Source: a bacterium (GTDB lineage Bacteria > Patescibacteriota > Patescibacteriia > JACPHY01). Taken from it: DNA of 64,000 nucleotides. The stretch spans positions 3,944-67,943 of the forward strand of contig JAUSKM010000035.1 of assembly GCA_030646955.1 (NCBI GenBank), written 5' to 3'. A model generated the notes under the pieces. The model was not told where the DNA came from. It did not search any database and was given only the letters and a program-made list of their open reading frames with translations. The position numbers and the translations under genes were made by a program. Below, one piece after another: positions 54,909 through 64,000 of the stretch (within the stretch, counting starts at the first letter, position 1; the number at the start of each line of letters is the position of its first letter).

Positions 54909-56012
54909 ATGCAGCGCGTCATTGATGCCTTCATCCCTCATGAGGGGAACGATTACCAGCCGCATGCGGTGCGGGGAAAGCGAGCGCGGCAATACGCCGG
55001 TGCGTTTGTGGCGATGAAACTGATTGTCGTGATTGCTATTCTGACGGCGCCATCATCGCTTTTCATGTCCGAACGGTCGTTTGCGGCGCTGGAAGCGGAC
55101 CTCATCGCGCGAACGAACGCGGAGCGCGTGGCGCACGGGCACGCCGCGGTTGCGCCGGATGTGCAGCTTGAGCAGGCCGCGACGTCGCGTGCGGTGGATC
55201 TGGGGACATTTGGGTATTTTAGTCACGTTGGGCCGAACGGGCAGGAGTTCCGTGATTTCCTTGCAGCGGCGCGGTACCCGTTTGCAGCGGCCGGCGAAAA
55301 TCTGGCAATGGGCTTTTCAGATGCGCAGGCAATCACCGAGGCGTGGATGGCGAGTCCGACGCACCGCGCAAACATCCTCGCTGATGACTACGTGGACATT
55401 GGCGTTGGTGCGGCACGTGGGACGTTTGGCGGGCGGCCGGTGGTGTATATCGCGCAGCACCTTGGGCGCCGGTCAGATACGGTTGCCGCGGCACCCGTGG
55501 CATCGTTTCTTGACCGCGAGCGTTCGGTTGCGGATTGGGCGGCGGTTCCTGGCGGTACGATGATTACCGTCACCGCATCTTCGCATGTTTTCGTGGAATC
55601 CATGACTGCGCAGGCATATGATGCGATGATCCCGCTGGTGGTGCGCGACGATGGTGCATATGTCGGGAGCGCGTTGCTCTCACGCTCGCCGAACGAACTG
55701 TTCCGCGTCCAGCTCCTTCCCGTCATTACTGCGCGCATTGGCGGGACGGAGCACATGGAGCCGGTTGCATGGAGCAGCGTGTACGTTCCACGGCAATCAC
55801 TGCGCGAACGGTTTGCGGCAGGGAGTTCCGCGCTTACGGCGGTGCGGCCGGAGCTCTTTCGTGCGGCGCGTATCGTGTTTGGTATCGGACTCATCGCGTT
55901 TGCGATTGTTCTCATTGCGAGCATCGTGACGCAGACACATCGGCGTCACCCGCACATCTTTGGGCGCGCCGCCGTGCTCGTCATCCTCCTTGCGTTTCTC
56001 ATTGCCCTGTAA
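54909..56012 (+). CDS. CAP (SCP/PR-1/YkwD-like) domain protein with N- and C-terminal TM segments
   Basis: CAP motifs (LIARTNAERVAHG, NLAMGF, AWMASPTHRANIL). Confidence 0.65.
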   Translation: MQRVIDAFIPHEGNDYQPHAVRGKRARQYAGAFVAMKLIVVIAILTAPSSLFMSERSFAALEADLIARTNAERVAHGHAAVAPDVQLEQAATSRAVDLGTFGYFSHVGPNGQEFRDFLAAARYPFAAAGENLAMGFSDAQAITEAWMASPTHRANILADDYVDIGVGAARGTFGGRPVVYIAQHLGRRSDTVAAAPVASFLDRERSVADWAAVPGGTMITVTASSHVFVESMTAQAYDAMIPLVVRDDGAYVGSALLSRSPNELFRVQLLPVITARIGGTEHMEPVAWSSVYVPRQSLRERFAAGSSALTAVRPELFRAARIVFGIGLIAFAIVLIASIVTQTHRRHPHIFGRAAVLVILLAFLIAL

Positions 56013-56021
56013 TGCACTTGT

Positions 56022-57167
56022 ATGCGTCTACGCTCCCTGCTTCTCGTGTGTGCACTGCTGCTGGTGCCGTTGACACTCCATGCGGAGATGGGGTTTGTGC
56101 GCAGTAACATCTGGCTCTCCCGGACGGTGCTGGTGGAGGGCGATGCGGTGACGCTCTACGCGATTGTCGTGAACAGCGGCGATCAGCGCTTGGAAGGCGC
56201 GGCGCAGTTCCGCGATCTTTCGACGGGTGTCGCCATCGGGACGCCACTCACGTTTGGCCTCGACCCCAACGGCACGTCGTCCGTGCTTTCCGCGGTGTGG
56301 GTGGCGCAGCGGGGCGAGCATCGGTTCCAGGCGCAGATTGTGAACGCGGAGAGTGTGGATCGCTCCGGCGGGCGCACGCCGATTACGAGCGGGGTGCTCT
56401 CGGATACGACGGACATTGTTCGTGTTGCGGTGGATGCAGACGATGATGGCCTCACGGATGAACAGGAGGCGGATGCGGGGACCGATCCGGCGGATGCGGA
56501 TACGGACAATGATGGCCTGGAGGACGGCAATGACCCCGCACCCACAAACCCTGACGCAGACGGCGATGGCGATCAGGACGGGACCGACCCCGCACCAACC
56601 AATCCCGAGGTTCGCACGCCGCCCGATACGGATGGCGATGGCACGCCGGATGCGACGGATTCCGATGACGACAACGATGGACTCTACGATTTTGATGAAC
56701 AGCGACTGGGAACGGACCCCCTACGCGCGGACACGGACGGGGATGGCGTGCGCGACAAGCAGGACGCGTTCCCGTTGGATCCCAAGAAGCAGCAGGCAGA
56801 GGTGCAGCCGCAAGAAGAGCAAGCGATAGCGCCGGAGTTGGTGGCAGTGGAGGACGAATCCGATGCAGCCGTCACGACAGCGCTGGCGACAACTGGCGGA
56901 GAAGGAGGAGGGGCGGTGGGTGCGGGAACGGTTGACGCGGAGACCGGGGCACAACCCCCAACAGGCGCGGCGGTCGCCGGCGAGCGGATTGTAGGCGAGG
57001 ACGGGGAGGTGCTGGGACAGCGCGTGGAGGATCCGTCCGTCCTGCGGTTTACGGCGCGCAATGGATGGGGGGGCGCCGTCATTGCGGCGTTGGGCGGAGC
57101 ACTTTTCCTCGGATTGTTGCTCCTGCTCCTCCTTGCCCGCAGGCGGCGCGATGAGGACGAGGCATAA
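56022..57167 (+). CDS. Secreted acidic protein with thrombospondin type-3-like calcium-binding Asp repeats and a C-terminal membrane anchor
   Basis: Signal peptide, repeated DxDxDGxxDxxE/D units (DADDDGLTDEQEADAGTDPADADTDNDGLEDGNDPAPTNPDADGDGDQDGTDPAPT), and a C-terminal TM plus RRRR. Confidence 0.6.
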   Translation: MRLRSLLLVCALLLVPLTLHAEMGFVRSNIWLSRTVLVEGDAVTLYAIVVNSGDQRLEGAAQFRDLSTGVAIGTPLTFGLDPNGTSSVLSAVWVAQRGEHRFQAQIVNAESVDRSGGRTPITSGVLSDTTDIVRVAVDADDDGLTDEQEADAGTDPADADTDNDGLEDGNDPAPTNPDADGDGDQDGTDPAPTNPEVRTPPDTDGDGTPDATDSDDDNDGLYDFDEQRLGTDPLRADTDGDGVRDKQDAFPLDPKKQQAEVQPQEEQAIAPELVAVEDESDAAVTTALATTGGEGGGAVGAGTVDAETGAQPPTGAAVAGERIVGEDGEVLGQRVEDPSVLRFTARNGWGGAVIAALGGALFLGLLLLLLLARRRRDEDEA

Positions 57168-57186
57168 CGTAACGAAATGCGCCCCA

Positions 57187-57220
57187 CCAGAAAGGCGGGG
57201 CGCTGGTTGTCTATAGTCCG
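57187..57220 (+). terminator. Terminator GCGCCCCACC-agaaag-GCGGGGCGC + TGGTTGTCT
   Basis: Near-perfect 10-bp stem. Confidence 0.45.
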
Positions 57221-57262
57221 ACGGTGCTACACTTGGAGGGGAGAGGTACCGTTATTGATGCT

Positions 57263-57709
57263 ATGCAAATCACCACCAACCTTCAACAATTCAACCACGC
57301 GCCGGCATTGTTCATTGTGTGCGGGACGCAGGAGGCAAAAATCTACGATGCCTGCGATGGCGTCATTGAGGAGCTGGACGAGTTTCGTATCCCCAAGCCC
57401 GGATTTACGGATCATGAGGGTTTCTCTGCGAGCGGACATGGCGCGGAGTACACATCTGGCGCGGGAGATGAGATCGATCAAGAACAGCGCCGTAAGGAGT
57501 TTGTGAAGGCGCTCGTGGAGCATCTCAAGGAAGTGGCGACACGCCGCCCGTATGAGCTGGTCTACCTTTTTGTCCCCCAGCACGTCCATCGTGCAGTGCG
57601 CGATGCCGTTCCGCACGCGCTCCAGCCAAAAATCGCCAAAGAGATCCACGGCAACCACTGCGAGGCTCACCCCCACGAGCTCATCCGGATGGTGATGCCG
57701 GAGGCGTAA
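57263..57709 (+). CDS. Hypothetical protein (~149 aa)
   Basis: No recognised family. The start could also be 57224. Confidence 0.4.
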   Translation: MQITTNLQQFNHAPALFIVCGTQEAKIYDACDGVIEELDEFRIPKPGFTDHEGFSASGHGAEYTSGAGDEIDQEQRRKEFVKALVEHLKEVATRRPYELVYLFVPQHVHRAVRDAVPHALQPKIAKEIHGNHCEAHPHELIRMVMPEA

Positions 57710-57712
57710 CCT

Positions 57713-59062
57713 ATGCCACACAAGTACGCGCATTTGGTTGCGGTGAACATGGGGTACGGCCATGAGCGGCCGGCGTATGCGTTGCGGGAGCTGTCCGGCG
57801 GGGAGATTATCGTGGCGAATGACTACCCAGGGATTCCGGCGGAGGATCGCGCATTGTGGGAGCAAGGGCGGAAGTACTACGAGACCGTGTCGCGGCTACA
57901 GCCAATGCCGGTGATTGGAAAGACGCTCTTCCACGCGCTGGTGGATCATCAGCAGGAGATCGCTCCGTTCTATCCGCGGCGGGACTTGTCGGACGTGTCG
58001 TTCCAGCTCAAGCTCATCCGCCATGCGATTGTCGCGCGTAATCAGGGCCGACACCTCATCGAGATGCTGGAGCGGGAGAATGAGCACCACGCGCGTCCGC
58101 TCCCGTTCGTGACCACGTTTTTTGCGCCCGCGTTCATGGCGGAGGAGTTTGGGTACTCGGGCGAGATTTACTGCCTCGCGACGGATGCGGACATCGCGCG
58201 CGTGTGGGCGCACTGGAACCCCAAGAAGAGCCGCATCAAGTACTTTGCGCCCAACGGACGGTGCGTGGAGCGGTTGGTGCTCTACGGCGTACCGCGCGGG
58301 AACATCTACCTGACGGGGTTTGCATTACCCAAGGAGCTGGTGGGTGGCGAGGCGTCGCGTGCATTGAAACACGACCTGGGTGTGCGCATGGCGAACCTGG
58401 ACCCCAACGGGTACTACCGGCATCGCCACGGCGCCACGCTGGCGCGGCATCTTGGTCCGCACTTCCACGAGCAGCAGACACGTCCCATCACTATCGCGTT
58501 CGCGGTGGGCGGAGCAGGTGCGCAGAAGCGTGCGGCCGTCCAGCTTTTGACATCGCTCCACCGCCGCATCAAACGGAAGGAGCTGCGGCTCCTGCTCATC
58601 GCCGGTACCCGCCGCGAGGTTGCACAGTTCTTTGAGAAAGAAATTGTGGCCCAGCGCATGCACCGCGAGGCAAAGCGTGGCGCGGTCAGCATCCTCTACC
58701 GGCAATCGCGGCGCGAGTACTTCGAGGCGTTCACGGATGCGATGCGCGTCACGGACGTGCTCTGGACCAAGCCCTCTGAGCTTTCCTTCTACACCGGCGT
58801 TGGCATCCCCATCATCATGACGGATCCCATCGGCTCGCAGGAGGTCTTCAACCGGCAGTGGCTCCAGCAGATCGGGGGCGGCATTGACCAGCTGGACCCC
58901 GCGCACGCGGACGAGTGGCTCTGGGACTGGGTGCAATCCGGCGCGCTCGCGCGTATGGCCTGGAACGGCTACATCGAAGCGCCGACGCATGGCACCTACC
59001 GCATCGAATCCATCGTACGCGGCAAACCAACGCAACTCGAGCCGCATCCGTTGGTGGTGTAG
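57713..59062 (+). CDS. Putative GT-B fold glycosyltransferase (MGDG synthase/MurG-like N-terminal G-x-G-H motif)
   Basis: VAVNMGYGHERPAYAL near the N-terminus and two Rossmann-like halves. Weak assignment. Confidence 0.4.
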   Translation: MPHKYAHLVAVNMGYGHERPAYALRELSGGEIIVANDYPGIPAEDRALWEQGRKYYETVSRLQPMPVIGKTLFHALVDHQQEIAPFYPRRDLSDVSFQLKLIRHAIVARNQGRHLIEMLERENEHHARPLPFVTTFFAPAFMAEEFGYSGEIYCLATDADIARVWAHWNPKKSRIKYFAPNGRCVERLVLYGVPRGNIYLTGFALPKELVGGEASRALKHDLGVRMANLDPNGYYRHRHGATLARHLGPHFHEQQTRPITIAFAVGGAGAQKRAAVQLLTSLHRRIKRKELRLLLIAGTRREVAQFFEKEIVAQRMHREAKRGAVSILYRQSRREYFEAFTDAMRVTDVLWTKPSELSFYTGVGIPIIMTDPIGSQEVFNRQWLQQIGGGIDQLDPAHADEWLWDWVQSGALARMAWNGYIEAPTHGTYRIESIVRGKPTQLEPHPLVV

Positions 59063-59155
59063 CGGGCCGCTCACTCATACGTACGATCGTTGCGGTAGTA
59101 TGTTGCCCGCTGCCAGTAGCGAGTATCTCGTAGCTAGGAGCTCGTTTTTTCCCCT

Positions 59156-60052
59156 ATGCCTCCCTGGCTTGGTATCGTCATCGGTGCCCATGCGCTGAAC
59201 GCGGTGGCGTTTTTGGTGGACAAGTACCTCCTGGCAAAAGCGGTGCCGCGGCCGGCGGTGTACGCGTTCTATGTGGGCGCGTTGGGGTCGTTGGGCATCC
59301 TGCTGCTTCCATTTGATTGGCAGCTCCCGTCCGGGTGGCTCTGGGTGCTGGATGGGGCGGCGGGCGCCACGTTCGTGGTGGCGCTCCTCTTGTTCTTCAC
59401 CGCGCTTAAACGCGGTGAAGCGTCCCGCGTCGTCTCGTACATTGGTGGCACGATTCCCATTTGGACGCTCCTCCTTGCGTACATGTTTCTGGGTGAGCGA
59501 TTGGGTCAGCGGGAGCTGATTGCGTTCATGCTGCTGGTTGCGGGGTCGGCGCTCATTGCGCGCGAGGGCAGTGGCGGTGCGGCGCACCGACGCCATGCGT
59601 ACGCGGCGGCATCACTAGCGGCGATTGCGTTCGCCGTCTCCACGGTGCTCATGAAACTGGTATTCCTTCACCAGTCCTTCCTATCAGGATTTGCATGGAC
59701 GCGTGCGGGTGCTGCGCTCGCCGCGCTCGCGATTCTGCTGCACGCGCCCAGCCGCCGCGCCATCGTGACACCGGAGCGCCGGCCGCGCGGTGCATCGGCG
59801 GGATTATTCTTTGGCGGGCAGGTGGCGGGGGCGTTGGGGTTCCTCACCATCCAGTACGCCATCAGCATTGCATCGCCAACGCTGGTGAACGCGCTGCAGG
59901 GCGTGCAGTACGCGATCCTCTTCTTCCTCGCAGTGCTCCTCGGCGCGCGGATTCCGCAGCTTCGCGAGCGACTTGCGCCTCGCATTGTCGCGCAGAAGGC
60001 GGCGGCCATCGCGCTCATCGGTGTCGGCCTCATTATGCTCGCTGCCGTATGA
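59156..60052 (+). CDS. EamA/DMT family transporter (10 TM)
   Basis: Two EamA-like repeats of about 5 TM helices each. Confidence 0.7.
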   Translation: MPPWLGIVIGAHALNAVAFLVDKYLLAKAVPRPAVYAFYVGALGSLGILLLPFDWQLPSGWLWVLDGAAGATFVVALLLFFTALKRGEASRVVSYIGGTIPIWTLLLAYMFLGERLGQRELIAFMLLVAGSALIAREGSGGAAHRRHAYAAASLAAIAFAVSTVLMKLVFLHQSFLSGFAWTRAGAALAALAILLHAPSRRAIVTPERRPRGASAGLFFGGQVAGALGFLTIQYAISIASPTLVNALQGVQYAILFFLAVLLGARIPQLRERLAPRIVAQKAAAIALIGVGLIMLAAV

Positions 60053-61047
60053 CGCGCACACGTCGCCGCATTTTTCTTGGTGGGGCCGCTGCGTTTGGCG
60101 TGCTTGTCCTCACATACATTGCGCTCTTCCTCGTGCCGCCGGCACAGGGGACGGAGGTGATTGGCGTGCACTTTGCGCCGGCGCACGCGCAGTACCTTGG
60201 CCTCGATTGGCGCGCGGCATACCGTGCGCTCTTGGATGATCTCGGTGTGCGGCGACTGCGGCTCGCGGCGTATTGGCCAGAGGTGGAACCACACGATGGC
60301 GAGCTGAATTTTCGTGCGCTCGATTGGATGATGGACGAGGCAGCGGATCGCGGTGCAACCGTGGTGTTGGGCGTGGGCAGGCGCCTGCCGCGATGGCCGG
60401 AGTGCCACATTCCGGAGTGGGCGCGTGCGCTTCCGGACAGCGTGCAGCAGGAGCGGATCGAGCGCGTCATTACGGCTGCCGTTGAACGATACCGGTCGCA
60501 CCCTGCGCTGGGGATGTGGCAAGTTGAGAACGAGCCATTCCTGGCGGTATTCGGGGAGTGCCCGGCGCTGGATCGGGCATCGTTGCAGCGCGAAGTGGAC
60601 ATCGTTCGCGCTCTTGATCCTGGTCGCAACGTGCTCATTACGGATTCCGGCGAACTTTCGCTCTGGCGTCGCGCCTCGCGCGTTGGTGATCGGCTGGGAA
60701 CCACGATGTATCGCGTGGTGTGGTCGCCGGTTTTTGGATATGTAAGCTACGCGCCGTTCCTCCCGGCAGCGGGCTATCGGCTCAAGGCATTTTTGGTTGG
60801 CATGCCGCCGGAACGCATGGTGATTGCGGAGCTGCAAGCAGAGCCGTGGGTGCAAAACGGCGATATCGCGGGAACGCCCATCGCGGAGCATCGGCGCTCG
60901 ATGGATGCGGAGCGTCTGCGGAACAATGTTGCCTTCGCGCGGGCGACGGGATTCCATGAAGTGTACCTCTGGGGTGCAGAGTATTGGTACTGGCTGAAGG
61001 AGCAGGGCGATGCGTCGCTGTGGGATGCCGCACGTGAGGTATTTTGA
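60049..61047 (+). CDS. Clan GH-A glycoside hydrolase (GH5-like), membrane-anchored
   Basis: Catalytic acid/base motif WQVENEP and an N-terminal TM. Start overlaps the upstream stop (ATGA). Confidence 0.5.
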   Translation: MTRTRRRIFLGGAAAFGVLVLTYIALFLVPPAQGTEVIGVHFAPAHAQYLGLDWRAAYRALLDDLGVRRLRLAAYWPEVEPHDGELNFRALDWMMDEAADRGATVVLGVGRRLPRWPECHIPEWARALPDSVQQERIERVITAAVERYRSHPALGMWQVENEPFLAVFGECPALDRASLQREVDIVRALDPGRNVLITDSGELSLWRRASRVGDRLGTTMYRVVWSPVFGYVSYAPFLPAAGYRLKAFLVGMPPERMVIAELQAEPWVQNGDIAGTPIAEHRRSMDAERLRNNVAFARATGFHEVYLWGAEYWYWLKEQGDASLWDAAREVF

Positions 61048-61069
61048 TCCGTACGGCGCGTGGTTGGTT

Positions 61070-61098
61070 TCGCGCTCCATAGAGCGCATTTTTTTGTT
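61070..61098 (+). terminator. Terminator GCGCTC-cata-GAGCGC + ATTTTTTTG
   Basis: Short stem followed by T7. Confidence 0.5.
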
Positions 61099-61203
61099 CT
61101 CGGGGATCTATGGTATCCTCACTTGACAAACCGCGGCCGTTGCGGTACTTTTGGGATGTCCTTTTCCAATTGAATATTGGTTTTGTGCAGGGAGGATAGC
61201 GTC

Positions 61204-61788
61204 ATGGCTACGCAGGACTATTACGAGGTCCTGGGTGTGCCGCGCGACGCATCACCGGATGCGATCAAAGCGGCGTATCGCAGGATCGCGCGGGAAACGC
61301 ATCCGGATTTGCATCCGGATGACCTTGGTGCGCACGAGCAGTTCAAGCTTACTGCGGAAGCATTCGCGGTGCTCTCCGATCCGCGACGACGGCTGCGGTA
61401 CGATGATGTCCGCAAGCCGATCCGTGGCATCGCTGATCACCTCATCCGGCACGAGAGCGGCAGGCGCATCATTGAGGTGCTCCTCCCGTCCACGTCGGCT
61501 GCATCGCAGCGGGGCATGGATCTTGTGGTTCCGGTACCCGTGCCGTCGCACATACTCGTTGACGGCGGCATTGCCACGGTAGCGCTTCCGCAACGGTCGC
61601 GCTGCGCGGGCGAGGAGCGCGTGCTTCGCATTCCGCCTGCCGATCGCGGCGATGGCATCGCCATGGGGTGGTGGTGCCGACTGGTGGGAATGGGAACGCC
61701 AGGGCGTAATGGTGCGCCCGATGGGGACTGCTACGCATGGTGCGTTCCAGCGATAACCAACACGAAACGAAAGAGACGGGAGGGTTGA
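61204..61788 (+). CDS. J-domain protein (DnaJ-like J domain plus C-terminal substrate-binding-like domain, no Zn-finger)
   Basis: DYYEVLGVPRDASPDAIKAAYRRIARETHPD with the HPD tripeptide. C-terminal VPVPVP...LRIP pattern. Confidence 0.7.
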   Translation: MATQDYYEVLGVPRDASPDAIKAAYRRIARETHPDLHPDDLGAHEQFKLTAEAFAVLSDPRRRLRYDDVRKPIRGIADHLIRHESGRRIIEVLLPSTSAASQRGMDLVVPVPVPSHILVDGGIATVALPQRSRCAGEERVLRIPPADRGDGIAMGWWCRLVGMGTPGRNGAPDGDCYAWCVPAITNTKRKRREG

Positions 61789-62399
61789 TGCACGTATTCG
61801 AACCGCACGAGCTGGTTGCCTCCTTCGGGGGCTACGTTCGCGGGGATGGTCTCGGTGGGCTCCACGATTCGCGCGATGATGTGTTGCGCCAGCTCGTAAC
61901 GATCGGCCCGGCGGCGATCATCGAGCACATGACGGACGCTCCGCACGACTTGGCCGCGCTGGCCACCTGCTGTGTGCGGGTGAACGACACGACGCCGCGG
62001 GATCTGGCGTTCGCCGCAGCATTCGCGCGGGCGGGTCACGGCAGGGAGATGCACCAGCGCCTCACGGCAGCTGCAACGCTCGGCGCGCTCCCGCTCATTG
62101 CGGAAGCAGGACACCCGTTCGGCCATGTGCTGCATGCGTTTCTGGAGACGCGGGAAGGCCGGCAGCTCTACCGATTCATCGTGCAGGCACTCGTGTGGGC
62201 GCGCGAGCACGGACGGACGACCAATCCGCCCATCGCTCCGTACCTCTTCGGGTATCCGTTCGGTGGTAGGGAGGAAGCGGCGGAGGACGCCGAGCAGGGT
62301 GGCGCGCGACCGTCGAGCGGGGTGATCCTGTTCGACGACGTGGATGAACCAACCGAAAACGCAGCCGGCGGGGAGCCGGCTGGGGAGGAGATGGAATGA
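61788..62399 (+). CDS. Hypothetical protein (203 aa), translationally coupled (TGATG)
   Basis: Start overlaps the J-domain gene stop. No recognised family. Confidence 0.4.
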   Translation: MHVFEPHELVASFGGYVRGDGLGGLHDSRDDVLRQLVTIGPAAIIEHMTDAPHDLAALATCCVRVNDTTPRDLAFAAAFARAGHGREMHQRLTAAATLGALPLIAEAGHPFGHVLHAFLETREGRQLYRFIVQALVWAREHGRTTNPPIAPYLFGYPFGGREEAAEDAEQGGARPSSGVILFDDVDEPTENAAGGEPAGEEME

Positions 62400-63418
62400 G
62401 CCAGAACGACGTGGATCAGATCAGGGTCACGGCGCTCGTGCAGCGCATCGGAGGCGATGCGGACGACGAGATCGCGGAGGTGCTGCGGCCGCTGCTGGAC
62501 AAGAAAGCACATCACGCCGAGCTTTTGCTCGCGCTGCGTCAGGATCCGGAGCGGGCGATCGCCCGTCTGGAGACCCTCGGCGAGGCGCACGGATTCTCGA
62601 GGCGCAACGCGGCGGATGTGCTGGATATCGTCGTGGAGCACACCGATGCCGAGCGTGCTGCCCGCGCGATGCGCGAGCAGTTGACGCCGGATCGGGTCTC
62701 CGAGCTTCTCGGCGCGCGCGGTGATCTGGCGTCCAGCGCGGCGCTCATCGCCGATGCGGACGTGGTGCTGGACGCGCTGCTCGCGGACGTGCAGGCCACG
62801 TTGCCGGATCCGTCGTTGTGGTCGCGCGGCTTGTCCGGAGCAGACCCGCTCATGGTAGATACGGCACGCGACGATGATGCCGAGGAAGAAGAGGTCGAGG
62901 ACGACGCCGACGATGGCGACTCGGCATCCGACGCACCCGTTGCAGACGGGGACAACGAGGTGGACGCTGCGGTGCTCGCTACCGCGTGCGCGGTGGTGCT
63001 TGCGTGGGCGATGAAGCTGAAGGGCCGGGCGGACTGGGATAGGTTCCTCGGGATGCGCGCGCTGGCCGGCCTCACGTTCGGCGAGCTCGTGTACGTCGCG
63101 TGCGTGCGGGTAGTTCGTGCGTCCCGGAGCGGCGCTGCGGACGGAGAGGCGGAGGAGCTCTCGGATCTCCTCGGAGGAGAGTCCATCATGGACAGCTCCG
63201 TACACGCGAGCGCGCTTTTCGACGAGGTCGGCTTGAGCAACGAGATCTGCCAAGCCATCAGCGAGCGGTTCGGCGGACAGATGCCGACGCTCGATGCGGA
63301 GGAGTTCGAGGCAGCCCGTGCGCGTCTGGCGAAGCGCCGGAAGTGGCTGGAGCGCGAGGACGGTTCCCACCAGGTTCGCGCAGCGACGGACAAGGCCGCG
63401 CGCGAGCTGGATCTGTGA
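62396..63418 (+). CDS. Hypothetical acidic protein (340 aa), ATGA-coupled to the upstream gene
   Basis: A long poly-acidic segment (DDDAEEEEVEDDADDGD). No recognised family. Confidence 0.45.
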   Translation: MSQNDVDQIRVTALVQRIGGDADDEIAEVLRPLLDKKAHHAELLLALRQDPERAIARLETLGEAHGFSRRNAADVLDIVVEHTDAERAARAMREQLTPDRVSELLGARGDLASSAALIADADVVLDALLADVQATLPDPSLWSRGLSGADPLMVDTARDDDAEEEEVEDDADDGDSASDAPVADGDNEVDAAVLATACAVVLAWAMKLKGRADWDRFLGMRALAGLTFGELVYVACVRVVRASRSGAADGEAEELSDLLGGESIMDSSVHASALFDEVGLSNEICQAISERFGGQMPTLDAEEFEAARARLAKRRKWLEREDGSHQVRAATDKAARELDL

Positions 63419-63492
63419 TCATGACGCCCGGCGGCACGATGGGGGAGTGTTCCCTGTCTGCCGTCGGGCGTTTTCACTCCGGGAGGTACGCA

Positions 63493-64000
63493 ATGACAAC
63501 GGCACTGGAACATGTTGCAGAGTGCGATGTGCTCTTGGATGGATCACGACCGCCGTACACGAGATTCTTGGAGGCACTCCGGCGGCGACAGGCGGCCGCA
63601 CGCCCCGGCGACATCGGCACGGTGTGGTCCGGCATTCCCGTGGACAGCGTGGTCGCGGCGGGCATGTCCATCCTGGTCACGCGGTTCGCGAAGGACGCTG
63701 GGGCGCATCTGCGAACGACGCATGACGTGGAGCGCGCCGCCACTCGCGTAGAGGCGATGGTGAACCTCGGGTTGCTGCTCCTTGACGCAACGCCGGTGTC
63801 CGCGGTAGTCCAGTTCGAGCGCGAGGTGCTCCTTCCGGCACTCCAGCGTGCGCAGGATGGCGCGATGGATGGGCAGACGTTCATCGAGTACTGGCAGGTT
63901 CCTGTCGCGCAGTTCTTTGCGGACATCATCAAGCGGACGCGTGAACGGGTCGTAACGCTGCACGCGCGTCTCGTGCGGTACCATCGCGCGAATGCGTTTC
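63493..64000 (+). CDS. Hypothetical protein, 5' part only (runs off the window end); alternative start 63421 overlapping the upstream stop
   Basis: Open frame with no stop through 64000 and the RBS GGGAGG 6 nt upstream of the ATG at 63493. Not in the ORF track because it lacks a stop inside the window. Confidence 0.35.
   Translation, partial: MTTALEHVAECDVLLDGSRPPYTRFLEALRRRQAAARPGDIGTVWSGIPVDSVVAAGMSILVTRFAKDAGAHLRTTHDVERAATRVEAMVNLGLLLLDATPVSAVVQFEREVLLPALQRAQDGAMDGQTFIEYWQVPVAQFFADIIKRTRERVVTLHARLVRYHRANAF

Overview
The window is a gene-dense bacterial chromosome segment of about 64 kb. GC content is roughly mid-60s percent, judged by eye. About 80 of 83 predicted genes lie on the + strand; only three are on the - strand. 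This compact, near-unidirectional layout looks like an uncultivated streamlined lineage such as Patescibacteria, at low confidence.

Housekeeping content:
- ligA (3' end), gatC, gatA, lgt, a membrane-anchored spermidine-synthase-like protein, trxB, gpsA.
- dnaG and rpoD; rpoD is interrupted by one in-frame TAA.
- queA, lexA, a Pif1-family helicase with a C-terminal WYL domain, recQ, msrA, msrB.
- a Kef/CPA2 antiporter, mraZ, rsmH, an ftsL-like gene, a DEAD-box helicase, and a class A PBP.
- tRNA-Ser(GGA) and tRNA-Asn(GTT).

Recurring themes:
- Extracytoplasmic thiol-redox machinery: a DsbA-like protein, a VKOR plus thioredoxin-like pair, and a DsbD/CcdA-Trx fusion.
- Cell-envelope enzymes: two M23 peptidases, a C39-like peptidase, glycoside hydrolases, and CAP and TSP3 proteins.
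- Two paralogous PolB-exonuclease-like 3'-5' exonucleases.

Non-genic structure:
- Two dispersed repeat families. One is a GTCATT...AATGAC element at two loci. The other is a CACCCCTCCC...GGGAGGGGTG palindrome, which also sits in-frame inside lgt and at the VKOR 3' end.
- A strong sigma70-like promoter drives a structured transcript of about 185 nt that ends in an intrinsic terminator. It is a candidate sRNA or leader. A lower-GC operon of three small unknown genes lies just downstream.
- GTGGG MraZ-box repeats overlap the mraZ promoter.
- A tandem TGTTCGG direct repeat is shared by the lexA and mraZ upstream regions.
- An identical TTGACA-N17-GTGGTACGGT promoter sits in front of both an M23 peptidase and PBP1A.

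No CRISPR array, rRNA, transposase or integrase was recognised. All coordinates were derived by hand and may be off by 1-2 nt for non-CDS features.
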